Shown one piece after another: positions 44,873 to 56,300 of a stretch of 64,000 nt of DNA (positions are counted from its first letter, which is position 1; every line of letters begins with the position of its first letter). The notes beneath the pieces are model-generated. The model was not told the origin of the DNA and did not search any database. It saw nothing but the letters and a program-made list of their open reading frames with translations. The stretch spans positions 166,313 to 230,312 of the forward strand of contig JALOQK010000001.1 of NCBI GenBank assembly GCA_025453395.1, in the 5' to 3' direction. The position numbers and the translations under genes are program-made. The DNA is from Candidatus Omnitrophota bacterium (lineage in GTDB: Bacteria; Omnitrophota; Gorgyraeia; Gygaellales; Profunditerraquicolaceae).

Positions 44873-46173
44873 CAGCGTTTCTTTTTCAGTTCGCGTTGCT
44901 TAATCTTCTGCACTTGGCTTGCCACCTGTTCGGGGGTTTTTTCTCCCAGAACAATCGACTGCAATCCCCTGTCCAGATTCTCCAGCACCAAAGGAAATTC
45001 CGAAACATCCCAAACATTAGGATGCGTGGTTAATTCTATATTATTGGCAAACTGCGCTAAATTCGCAGAGATCTTGCCCATCGCCTCTTTATTCGCCGGA
45101 AGATTTAAAGTCATTTCTGCCAAATATGCCTGCTGATCAACATAAGTCAACCACTTTAAGAATTTTACCGCCTCTTCTTTATTTTTTGATTTAGCATTGA
45201 CCATAAATGAGGAGCCCGCGCCTCCCCAGATGCTCATGGGAAATTTGTCTGAAAACTTGGGCGGAAGCATTGCGGCGTAATCTAAAGACGGATTCATTGA
45301 TTTATATACATTCACGCACCACGAACCGTTAAAAGCAAAAACAGCCCTTTGATTAGAAAACAGCTGTTCCGCGGTTTTGTTCTCCATGGTCAAGATCCCG
45401 TCGGAAACAATGCCGGAATCCTTCATCTGTTTAAACAAAGTAAACACCTTTATCCAGTCAGGATCCGTGTAAGCAACCTCTCCCCGGATGGTAGCTAAGA
45501 CTTTATCTTTACCCATGATATTAAAAGCATAATTATTAGCAAAACAATCTATCATCCAGGCATCGCCCCATCCGGAAACCAGGCCCTGTAATTTGGCTTC
45601 TTTGATCCTCTTGCCCATTTCAAGCCATTGCGTAAAGGTTTGAGGCGCCAGCTGCGGGTTAAACCCCAATTGCTTTAATAAAGTTTTATTATAGACCATC
45701 TGGATAGTCATAATATCCAGCGGCACGCCGTAAATCCCCGGCCTGACATCATAAATATTTCCTTCGATAAATTCATTTACTGCCAAGGCCTTGGCAAAAA
45801 ATTTATTTCTCCACGCGCCAAAGCCATCATCCATATAAGCAGTTAGGTCTAAAATATGGCCGGCCTTGATAAAAGAAGCAAAATCCCTCTTCTGGCCCAA
45901 AACGCCAAAAATATCCGGCAGAGTCGCGCCCTGAGCGGCGCCGCGCACTTTCTGCGAATAGGCGTCCGATGGGGCATAAAGCTCAAAGTTAACTTTGATA
46001 CCGGTTTTTTCCTGATAACGTTTAGCTAATTCCTGAAAGGCGGGGTCACGGTCAGTCATCCAATGCCAGACTGTGATAGTGTTGGTTTTATTTTGCGCAG
46101 GGCTGGTGCATCCGGCAAATAATAACAATGCCACTAGCAAAATAAATCTCATCCTAAAAAATAACTGCCTCAT
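44872..46173 (-). CDS. Carbohydrate ABC substrate-binding lipoprotein
   Basis: Lipobox FAGC, ITVWHW, YGVP, FNGSW and EAVKFLKWL. Confidence 0.9.
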   Translation of the reverse strand: MRQLFFRMRFILLVALLLFAGCTSPAQNKTNTITVWHWMTDRDPAFQELAKRYQEKTGIKVNFELYAPSDAYSQKVRGAAQGATLPDIFGVLGQKRDFASFIKAGHILDLTAYMDDGFGAWRNKFFAKALAVNEFIEGNIYDVRPGIYGVPLDIMTIQMVYNKTLLKQLGFNPQLAPQTFTQWLEMGKRIKEAKLQGLVSGWGDAWMIDCFANNYAFNIMGKDKVLATIRGEVAYTDPDWIKVFTLFKQMKDSGIVSDGILTMENKTAEQLFSNQRAVFAFNGSWCVNVYKSMNPSLDYAAMLPPKFSDKFPMSIWGGAGSSFMVNAKSKNKEEAVKFLKWLTYVDQQAYLAEMTLNLPANKEAMGKISANLAQFANNIELTTHPNVWDVSEFPLVLENLDRGLQSIVLGEKTPEQVASQVQKIKQRELKKKR

Positions 46174-46344
46174 CTGTCCGTCATTCCTTTGGTTTAAGGT
46201 ATTAGGATTTCGGAAACGAATACGGCTAAATAATGGTTTTTCGCAAGGTTTGTTACCCTACGGGGGGAATATATATATTTAACATATTATTATCAGCTTT
46301 TCAAGAAAAATCTATATATAATTATATCTTAAATGCCCTTTAAG

Positions 46345-47052
46345 TTACGGCCTTAAAAGCCGCGCCAAATTCATAAAATCCGCCTTCTCAAGATTTATGC
46401 CAGAGTGAAAATCATTGTTAATCATCTTTGACCAAGAAACCATGCCGCGGGCATATACCGGCTCTTGGCGCGCTGAGGCATGGATCCATAGCTCCAAAGC
46501 GCTGTTAATTGGGATAAGGGTATTGCTTAAAATCCTTAAGCCTTTAGCGCTTATATCTTGGGTCTTGGCTTCGCCCTCTTGATTAAAATCCGGGCTTAAG
46601 AATTTAACTGTAAAATCCGCCGGGAAACGCGCGAAGACCCTCTGATCCTGGGGAATTTTATCATGCGAGAACTGGTCATCAGCGTTATTAGAAACGTTGT
46701 CCTTCCACCATTTCCTATCCACTTGCTGCGGAAAATCCGCTCTTAAGAATTGGTAGATTTTTTCTTTATCTTGGTCGCTTATCTTAGTAAAATATACGCC
46801 ATAGGTATTCTCACCGTCAATAAGCCTATGCCAAATGATCCAGGCATCAACATTTAGGATAATATCATCGGAAAGGCTAAGCTGCATTTTAAAAAGGCGC
46901 TGATAGGGAAGACGGGCGTCTAAAACAACCTGCATGCCCTTAAGATTCAAGTCTTTAAGCACCCCCTCATAAACACTGGGCGCGGTATTATCCAGCTTGA
47001 TTTTAATATTACGCTTAATCTGCCATCGGGTTAACTGCCGGCCTTCTTGCAT
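46345..47052 (-). CDS. Tandem PilZ-domain protein
   Basis: RQLTR...DLNLKG and RVFAR...DISAKG (RxxxR and DxSxxG). Confidence 0.87.
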   Translation of the reverse strand: MQEGRQLTRWQIKRNIKIKLDNTAPSVYEGVLKDLNLKGMQVVLDARLPYQRLFKMQLSLSDDIILNVDAWIIWHRLIDGENTYGVYFTKISDQDKEKIYQFLRADFPQQVDRKWWKDNVSNNADDQFSHDKIPQDQRVFARFPADFTVKFLSPDFNQEGEAKTQDISAKGLRILSNTLIPINSALELWIHASARQEPVYARGMVSWSKMINNDFHSGINLEKADFMNLARLLRP

Positions 47053-47329
47053 TTTATTTTTCCTCTTAATAAAGGACTCTAAACATATGTGTCTTAAACA
47101 AGTTAAATCTTTCGCGCCTATTTAAAGTATATGGTAAAAATAATCAAATTGCAACCGTTTTCTTTTCCCCATTAGTGGTAGACGCTTTAGCTAAAGTATT
47201 GCAATGCAATAACTTATGAAACAATTCCGGGTATGCATAAAAATATTTTTCCCTCATATTTAATTCATCGCACCCGGATTTTAATTGTAACATCATACAC
47301 CGCAGGTATTTAGATAAAGCGTCTACCTT

Positions 47330-50300
47330 TTACAACCAAATCGCTGCCCTGCGCGGATAATTTCTATCTGCGTTGATTAACCAAAAATAATATTTATCAA
47401 AATCCATGTCGTGTTTATCTCTCGCAAAACGCACAAACCCGCCGCGGTTTAAGCCTCGCCTGGATATCAATTTCTGCCCGTCCCCGGGAGCGCCGTCGCG
47501 GTTGGAAAAAGCGTCTTTTTGGAAAACATCCTCATTGCGTGTACCTGTTCTCAACAAAATAAGATTCCTGTAGAATAATTCCTGCAGCAGGCTGACCGGA
47601 TGGGAAAAATACTTTCTTTGCGTAGTATCCGGGAATCCTTTCATAAAATATTCAGTAAGATATTTTATGGCGCTGCGCACTAAATCTTTACTCTGACTAC
47701 TTAGGTCAACCCGCCAAAAACAAACATCTAAAGATACGGTTTCTTCTTTTTCATTTTTCTTCTCAATAAATTCAATCCTGACTAAAAGTTCATTTTTAAG
47801 CCACGCCTCAAATATATTATTATGGAATTCTTTAATTTCTACTTTCGTTCCAGAAAATTCTATAACTTCAACGCGCTTAGGTAAAGTCATGCTATCTGAA
47901 TCTGTGTCGGGAGGCATAGCTCTATTCTTAGAGAAAATTGCCATCAGGCCAAGCGCTACTATAATTGTTAATAATACGGGTAAAAGGTAAGGTGGGAATG
48001 AAACAAATTGAGTATGCTGCACCGGCGCTCCGGTAGGCTGGGCTTGCGCCAGATACGCTCCAGCGGCAAAAAGGTCTTTCGCGCCTAAGGCAATAAACGC
48101 TGCGGTAAAAGGAATAAGCATATTACGGATAACCGGGCTACTGTTTGTCCCAAGCGCGCCGCCGATTTTTTTGTCCTGCGCCGGACTGCCGGATACCTCC
48201 TTAGAATTAAGTATCGTATCCCCGAAATCGAATTTCTTGCCTGTTTTATTCGCCTCAACAACGCTGGTAAAATATGGCCTAAATTGTTCGCACGAAGAAA
48301 AACGATAGCCTATCCTGTCTAAACTGATTATATGAGCAATCCCGGATGAACCCAGCATACGCAACATCGCGTTGGACATACCCATAAACAATGACTGATT
48401 TGCTTTCTGATAAATGTAATATTGATTTTTTGGCCGCGCGTGAAAATAAAAATCCGCGATATGATTAACTGACGGAAAAAGAAGAAATCTTTTTATATCT
48501 TCAAATATAATTTTGAGGCGCTTATCTGTATTCCCAATACTATCCTCAAAGGACCCGGCAATACCTCTTACTTTAGCATCTTTATCTTCGGCATAAACGC
48601 ATCCTTCAAAAAGAGAGTGGTCAAATGTCGGAGGGATATAAATACAATTACCGTCTTTGCCAGTAAGCATAATCCTATTAAGCTCTATAATTCTTTTTTT
48701 AAAGTCTAAAAAGTTAGTTAAGGCGCCGTTGTGTATTTCTTTTAATAACTGCACGAATTCTTCGCGCACCTGTTTTTGATTATGGAAATAATTTTTTTCG
48801 TTTTCTGATGCCGGGCCTGCGGCTTGCGCCTTACGATCGCACACTGCTTCATTCCAGGGAGCCTCTAAGGCGTTCTCCCAATCAAACTGCTTAATATTAT
48901 GTTTTCCTTGAAATAACTTCTGAAGGTAACGGAAGGCTTTTATCGCTAGGACAAATAGAAAAGGCACGGTCATCACCGGATACAGCGAGGCGCGCCCTAA
49001 ATGCGAATCCGGCGGGCCGGTAGACTGAGCTTGCGTCAGGTATGCGCCTGCGACAACCACCGCGCCAAGGCAAACTACACCAAGCATTGTGCAAACTTCT
49101 CCGAGGCCTTTTTTAGCGCCGCCGGGAGCGCCAACAAATTTGATATTCTGTTTTCCTTTTTCTGCCGCCTCATCCAATGCCCTCTTGGCAAAAAGCAAGG
49201 CGCTTTTATCAGTAGTGCCTTCTTTAAGCGCTTGCCGCAATAAATATAAAAGCCACGGCCAATCTTTAATCTTTACGACAAGCCCTATAATGCCAGATAA
49301 GGTTTTACCGTGTAGATCGCTGTGATAAATAATCATTTTCTTAACATATTCTTTACGGTCTAATTTGCCAAAAATCCTCTCCCATTCTTCAATCCTAAAA
49401 TCATCACCGCGGTTGTCTACAGTAACAGGTACAGGTTTTAAGCGTTTGGCAACCTTGAATTCATCCGTCTTCTGAATGGCGATTTGTTTAACCTCAACAA
49501 CTGCCTCATCTTGTTTTGCTTGAATCTTCAACCCAGACGGCGCGCCCACTGGCTCTTGCTGCGCTTTTTTTTCTTTTAATATAGCGTTAAACTCTTTTCT
49601 TAATATTATAAATTCGCCTCCGGTATTTTCTTTGCAGAGCTCAACGAGTAGGTCTCTTACTTTTTCTCTCCCCTGACTTAATTCTTTTCTTGAAGAGAAA
49701 TTACCCGCCTTAAACTTAAGTAAGGCTTCTTTTATCCGGGCGGACAGGCTTTCTATTTCAGGTGAAGTTTTACGCACCCCTGTCTCCGGTAAGGTTGCGA
49801 TTATGCCTTTTTTACGCAGTTCCTCCACAGGGTCAATACCGGCCTTACGCAAGCGCGCTAATATATTGGAAAAAGTAGAGGGGTGTTTTTTCATGTTCAT
49901 TTTATCCCGAATTTCCATAAGCGGGAATTTCTTACTTCCTTTATCTTTTGCTACTTCTTCGGCGGCTTTAATAAACTTAGCCAAAGAAACTTTACTCCCC
50001 CTTTCTGCGCTGCTTACGCCTTCTAAAATAACCCCCTTTTCTTTCTTCCATCGCCACAAGGTGCAATACTTAAAGCCTGCTAACTTAGCTAATTGCGTAA
50101 GCAATATTTTTTCACCGGGATGATTTTTCAGGAAATCTGCCGTAATTTGTTCTAATCGAGCTTTTCTATCTTCCCTGCCTTCTGCCCCGCTTCCATCGGC
50201 AAATAGATAACGAAATTTTCCGCCATAAAAAGGATGCCCGATTAGATTTTTATCTTGCGCCCCCAGATAATTCGGCCCCAGCCTGCCGCCAATTCCTAAA

Positions 50301-53300
50301 TCAGGGCCTGATTGAGAATAATGAGCTTTATCCCCGTTACATCCCTTCTCAATAGGATGGATAACCGCCTTGTAACACATCCTAAGCGGTAAATTTAATT
50401 CTAAATACCAAGATAGCGCCATAGAGTGGCCTTTGGACCTTCTCGGAAAGTATTTACCATAATAAAAAAATCCACTATTTGTTTTTAGCGATGGCATAAA
50501 TCTAAAGGTATTAATTCTGGGAGACATGCCCCATAGGGCATTAACAAAAGAATCCATAAGCTTACTGCCAATGCCATTTCTCTGGAAAGCTGGTAAAATA
50601 GCCAATTCTTGTAAATTGGCTATAGTTTCTTTATAAATAGAAAAACGGATAAACCCTACAATATCACCTTTTTCAACCGCCAAATAAACATAGTTATCTA
50701 ATAAGCGCTTTTTATACTCTTCTACTAAATGCTGCGCAGGATTAACTATTTTGGGTTTAGTCGCGGGATTAGAAAAAACTAATTTTTCTATACAGAGCAT
50801 CGCTCTTGCGGTTTTATCTAAGCGTTCAGGGCCGAGCTTAACGATATCCGCCGCGTTATAAATCCCGTCATCTAAATTAGCCCTTAATATACCGGCTTTT
50901 CTGACGACAGATGATTTATTAAGCAGATACTCGCCATAAGACAATATTGCAATGAATATAAATACGATAAGAAATGGCAATTTGCTTAGCCATGTATCAA
51001 GATGGTTAGCCGCCAAAAGCGCCGCAAGGCCGATGAACACAGGAGATTGTAAAACAACGCCTTCGCCGGAAGAAGGTGTTTGTTTACTCCCGGGCGCACC
51101 GCTGGGAAAATACTGGCGCCGCAACCCTCCTACTTGTTCTTGCGCTAATGTTTTCATTTGGGAATTACTTAAATTTGAAAAAGCGCCTTGCCCGAGAAAA
51201 CCCGCCTTACTATACTCATTAAGGAATCTGTATGTTATATATAATTTCCTTTCCGGGCTTGAGAATAACCAATAGAAAAATGTTAATAACGTACCCGGCC
51301 TGCCCTGATTAATCCTTTCAACAATCCCCTCGCAATACTCATCAGCAAATTTTAATATTCTCTGCGAGTCACTAATAAAACCCAAGAATAGAGGATCCTT
51401 TCTTAATCTGAAAATAATGCTCCCCCATTTTTCCTGAAGCGCGTTGCCGAAAACTAACGGGCTATGATCAACAAGATACATATCGGCAAAACTGACATCG
51501 CCGCGGTAATCAAAAGCTAATGTCGTACCCGGATAATAACGCTTCTTCGTTTCGCTAAGTTCGCATTGCTCAAAAACAGAATCAGGATACACATCTAAAG
51601 CTCTGCCAATCCTGCTTAACTGGCTTATCCTCAGCGCCCTTCTTATTACTTGTTCATTTTTTTCAACAAAACTGTGTTGCATTTGAAAACTAACTCCCAA
51701 ACCACGGCTTGATAGTTCCTGAAAGAAATTCCAAGTCGTCTGGCCAGAGGTTATATTGATTAATGTATTAATGATAATATCCGCTTCGGGGTAATACCGG
51801 ATAACTGCCTCCGCGAGGTTAGCTATCTTGATAAGCGAAATTGCCGGCCTCGCCAAATGGCTATCATCCAAAGAAATTCTAAAGGTAAACTTACTATCAC
51901 TACCTCTTGATTTCTTAATCATGAGCACAAATTCTCGCGCTTTTTCTGGAGTAACCATCAAAGAAGCATTGGTAGTTAACGAACAAACATTACGCTCAGC
52001 GATTATTTCATGGAGGTCTTTGCGTAAAGAAAGCTCTCCTCCGGAAATATACAAAGAGGGGTCCCTTATGCCCATGCCGCTGAAATCTGTCGCGCGGTAG
52101 AAATCCACCAAAACCATTTCTCTTTTCCTCCCGCTGTCGCAGGAAAACATACAGATATCGCAACCACTGTTACAGGTAAGCGAAAGAACACAAAGAATCC
52201 TTTTAGGAACCCAATTTGAATACGGATTAATTCGAATATCAAGGTTGGCGAACTGTTCTCTTCTTAAAAACTCTACCCGCTGTTGAAAACTATAATCTAA
52301 ATCAGAGATGTCTTCAATAACCTGCGACCCAAAAATCTCCCTGACTTTAGACGCCCCGCTCCCATCGGCAAACAGATAACGAAACTTTCCGCCATAAAAA
52401 GGATGCCCGATTAAATTTTTATCGCGCGCCCCCAGAAAATTCGGCCCCAGCCTGCCGCCAAAATCAATATCAATATCGGATAACGACGGCAGATGATGAA
52501 AAAGCGAACTCCCCGTCGCACCCAAACCCCGCCCGCCCGCGCCGCTGGCATTCGCCTTATTTACCGTTTCTAACCTCGTAGGTTGAATCGTTTGCTTCTT
52601 TATCTTTGGCCGCTCCGGGCTGCAGGCCGGCGAAGTGAGAGCGCCGCGATCAATATTACTATCTGCTAGGGACACTTCTGGCGAAAGTTGTTGCGGTGTT
52701 TTAGCTTTAGAGAAAACGGTCTGGTTAATTCGGTAAATTCTCCAGGGTTTAATATAAGATCTCCAATAGCTAAAGCAGGTATTCGGCATTATGTTGGCCG
52801 CCCATTCAATATCACGCGACAGATGAGGCTGTCTGGTCGTCTGTTCGCTGACAATAAGATATCCGCCGCGTAAAACCTGGATTTTGACCTTTTTCCAGAA
52901 ATAACTTTTTTTGGAAATACGCCCGGCCATCCCCGGCCCCTGAACATAAACAATCCCGTATTTGTTTTGATTTTGCATAAAATCATTAATCTGATATAAA
53001 ATCTTTATATTTTGTCTTCCCAAAAGTGCCCGCATCTTATCGTTTAATCCGATATTTATTTCCAATAAAGCAGGATCAATAACCTTAACGGCCATTTCCC
53101 CCAAGGCTTCCCCCACCCAGTTAAAATATTCGCTTAATTGTTTGATAATTCCCTGAATATCCTGCTTATCGGGAATACTCACAGACATTTCCTTCTGAAC
53201 AAAATTATCGTTAAAAATAAAACAGCGCGCCGAAGGAAACAAGTTCACCAAGGCCATAAAACTTACCGCGTCATGACCGGCGCAGGGATAATAAACATCC

Positions 53301-56300
53301 CCTTTATATATCCTAAAGGCATCTCTTAAATCCGCTCCGCCGAGAATTTCAGCTTGTTTGTATTTAGGCGCGATGTATAGCTTGCAAAACCGCGGCATAA
53401 TCTCTTGCTCGATAACCGCATTTTCAGATGAAAGCATTTCTGAAATCTGGCCCGCATGAACAAGGCTTATCCTTTTTTCTAAAAGCAACTGCGGCCTCTC
53501 CTGCAGGAATAAATCCTTTAACGCCTGCTCATAATCAGCGCGGATGATTATTTTGTTTTTATATTCTTGATCAAACTGGCCGTAGGCGCTATCAATAAAA
53601 AACTTTTCATTGCCATCATAGAGAACAATCCAATAGTGATGAGAACCATTTTTAAGCGCGGGGCCGCTGTAAAAACCCGGCATAATTTCCAGATGTGCGC
53701 CCCGATTCTTTCCGATCGGTAAATCAAACTTAGCAGAGAGCATCTTAGCCAAAAGCACATTGCTTGTAATGCATGAAGCGTATGTAAATTCAAGCAATTT
53801 TTTATCCGCAATTACCCCAAAAAACCAATCCTGGATAAGCGCGATAAAATCAGCATGTTGAAATCTCCGAAAGATTCCCTCAAAGCCCCCCATTTTAATC
53901 TCCGGGAGCGTTAGATTAAATCCGTCTGAATAAGCTTGTTGAAATAATTGCCTCTGGCAGCACATATTCGCATATATATTTTTCTGCCTCATATCTTCTG
54001 ATAAATGAATGCCCGCTGGCAACATCCGCCAGCCAAGCATATTTGGCGAAGTGGGCGCGTTGCCGCGGTTCAAAAGGGTGTCCCCTTGGGGAACGTCCCC
54101 ATTTCCATTTCCGGAATTCTCTGATCCCACATAAGCCACGCGAGGATTAGAGATAGCTCCTAAAAGTATCGCACCTTCTGTTTCCGGCTCAACAACATGA
54201 TAAATGTCGCAAAAAGCTCCTTTAATCATTTTTACTTCCTGCCACTTAACGCAAATTTTATCCTGAATATCGCTGGAAACAATCAAGCCTAATTTATTGT
54301 AAACCGCATAAAGATTATAAGCGCTTCTGTCAAATATGATTTCCGCTCTAAGATTATTCTCTATTTTAGAAGCCTCTCGGGCATACCCTAAAGCTTTAAG
54401 CTTTTCAGTAAAACACCCTGCTGGCTGAACACCGAACCAATAATCGCAAATAAGTTTTCTTATTGCCGGCCTAAAGATGTGGAATTTAGCCGTTAATAAA
54501 CACGCCAAGAAGATAAAATATAAGGTAAACCCAAATAGAGGAAATTTCGCGGCAAGTGCCAGCGGAACAAAAGTTACCAGCGCGCAGGATGCGAAAATAT
54601 GCGGAATACTTATGCGCCTCATGCCTAAATAAGGAATAATATCTTTATTGATACCCTCGGAACGGATGATAAAATCTACATTAAGCTTACGGAAGATTTT
54701 TTCTTTTTCAGGATCAGTAACAATTACCGCGGTTAAAGCGCCTGCACTTTTAGCTTCTCTTGCGCCTTGCGCTTGGTCTTCAAACAAAATAATCTCATTA
54801 AGCGCAAGGCCGTATTTCTTCCTTAAAGCAATAATCTGTGTTTTTTTATCGTGCGGTATACCGCTTTTCAGGGGATATGCTCCGTAAATCTGGTCATAGA
54901 AATACTCCATGCCCAAAATCCTGATTGTTTCCTTTAAAGAAACACTTGGCTGGCCGCTTGTCTGAATAATCCTTACTCCCGGAAACTTGCGCCTGATTTC
55001 ACACAAGGCTTTTACTGTTTCCGGAATAACAATATTGTCGCCTCTTCCTATTTTCTCTTTAACACTTTTTAAAATCAAATCGCAGAATTCATCAACATAC
55101 TCCTGATTTGTCCTTAGGTTTCTAACTTTTTTTGTGCGCGCCCTTGCTATGACATCGCCAATTTGAGCATACAAAGAACCTCCGCCACATGCATTAACAT
55201 AATCTATGCCATTCTTAAGGCCTTCTTTTGTGGGGATATAGCTTCGGCTTTCGCCTTTCATGATCCGGTCATACATTGCCCCCCAGACAAAGAAAACACA
55301 ATCCAGGCTGTCCACCACTACCCCATCCCAAACCAAAACAATCACTTTTATTCTTGGCTTAACATCCGTAATTTTAATAACCTTTGCCGGATGTTTTGAA
55401 CGCATCCGCGAGAAAATACTGGATAAATACGGACGCGCGCTAAATAATAGACAAAATAATATTGTCAATGCCCAGAATCCTTTTGGGAGCGAAACAAGCA
55501 TCTCTTGCGGCCAGAAATCAGCCGGCATTAAACTTATTAAAAAGAATGCCGAAAGAATATGGCTGAATGTTTTTATGCCGCGGGGCGTTAATGCTGCCAG
55601 GCCCTTCTGGCTTTCTTTTATTAAAGAAGCGGCGGCGTCCAACTTTTTTTTGGTTGCCGGGTCATCGCCACCTTGCTTATTATTTTTTGCCGTCATCGCC
55701 TGGTCAGCAAATAACGCCAGCCCTTGCGATAGCATCGACAGACGAATCTCAAAAATTCTTTGGATATATTTCGCATGAATAGCTACCGCCAAATCTTCAT
55801 GATTAACAAAACTATTCACAACAATTAACGCATAACCAATACTCTCAACATCACGGCATTTTTCGGCCAAGCCCGAAAGAAAACTAAACGTTTCATATCT
55901 AATAACATTCTGGCTACAAATCACTGAATCTTTTGTTGTTTTTTGTACAGCGGCATCTTTCTGCTGCGCAGGAATAATATCAAATTTCTTTGAACCGTTG
56001 TCCTGGAGCGCTTTAATATTATTTACCGTTTCTAACCTCGTAGGCTGAATCGGTAGCTGGGCTACCGATGCCGGGCTGTTGAATTGCCTTTCACGGTAGA
56101 AGACCGAATATTGTGTTGCCCCTGAGACAAATCCCTTAGATTCCAAAACTCTCTCTATCAAAAGATAAGGGAATTTGATATCTTCTTGCTTTTTAAACCT
56201 TAAATATGGGGCCATACGATATGTCTTTACAATGCTGCTAGTGAATTGTTTAACAAAATATTGGATTGCTGATAAATCATTTATTCTGATACTCAGCGGA

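Noticed and set aside
43140-46173. Missing ATPase in the sugar ABC operon as a defect
   Set aside because: Carbohydrate ABC importers commonly share an unlinked MsmX/MalK-type ATPase.
46174-46344. c-di-GMP riboswitch upstream of the sugar ABC operon
   Set aside because: Only a CAAACC...GAAA fragment resembles it; the paired stems and the rest of the consensus are not evident.
47148-47163. LacI/CcpA-like operator TGCAACCGTTTTC upstream of the PilZ gene
   Set aside because: Single imperfect match with no second copy seen to support it.
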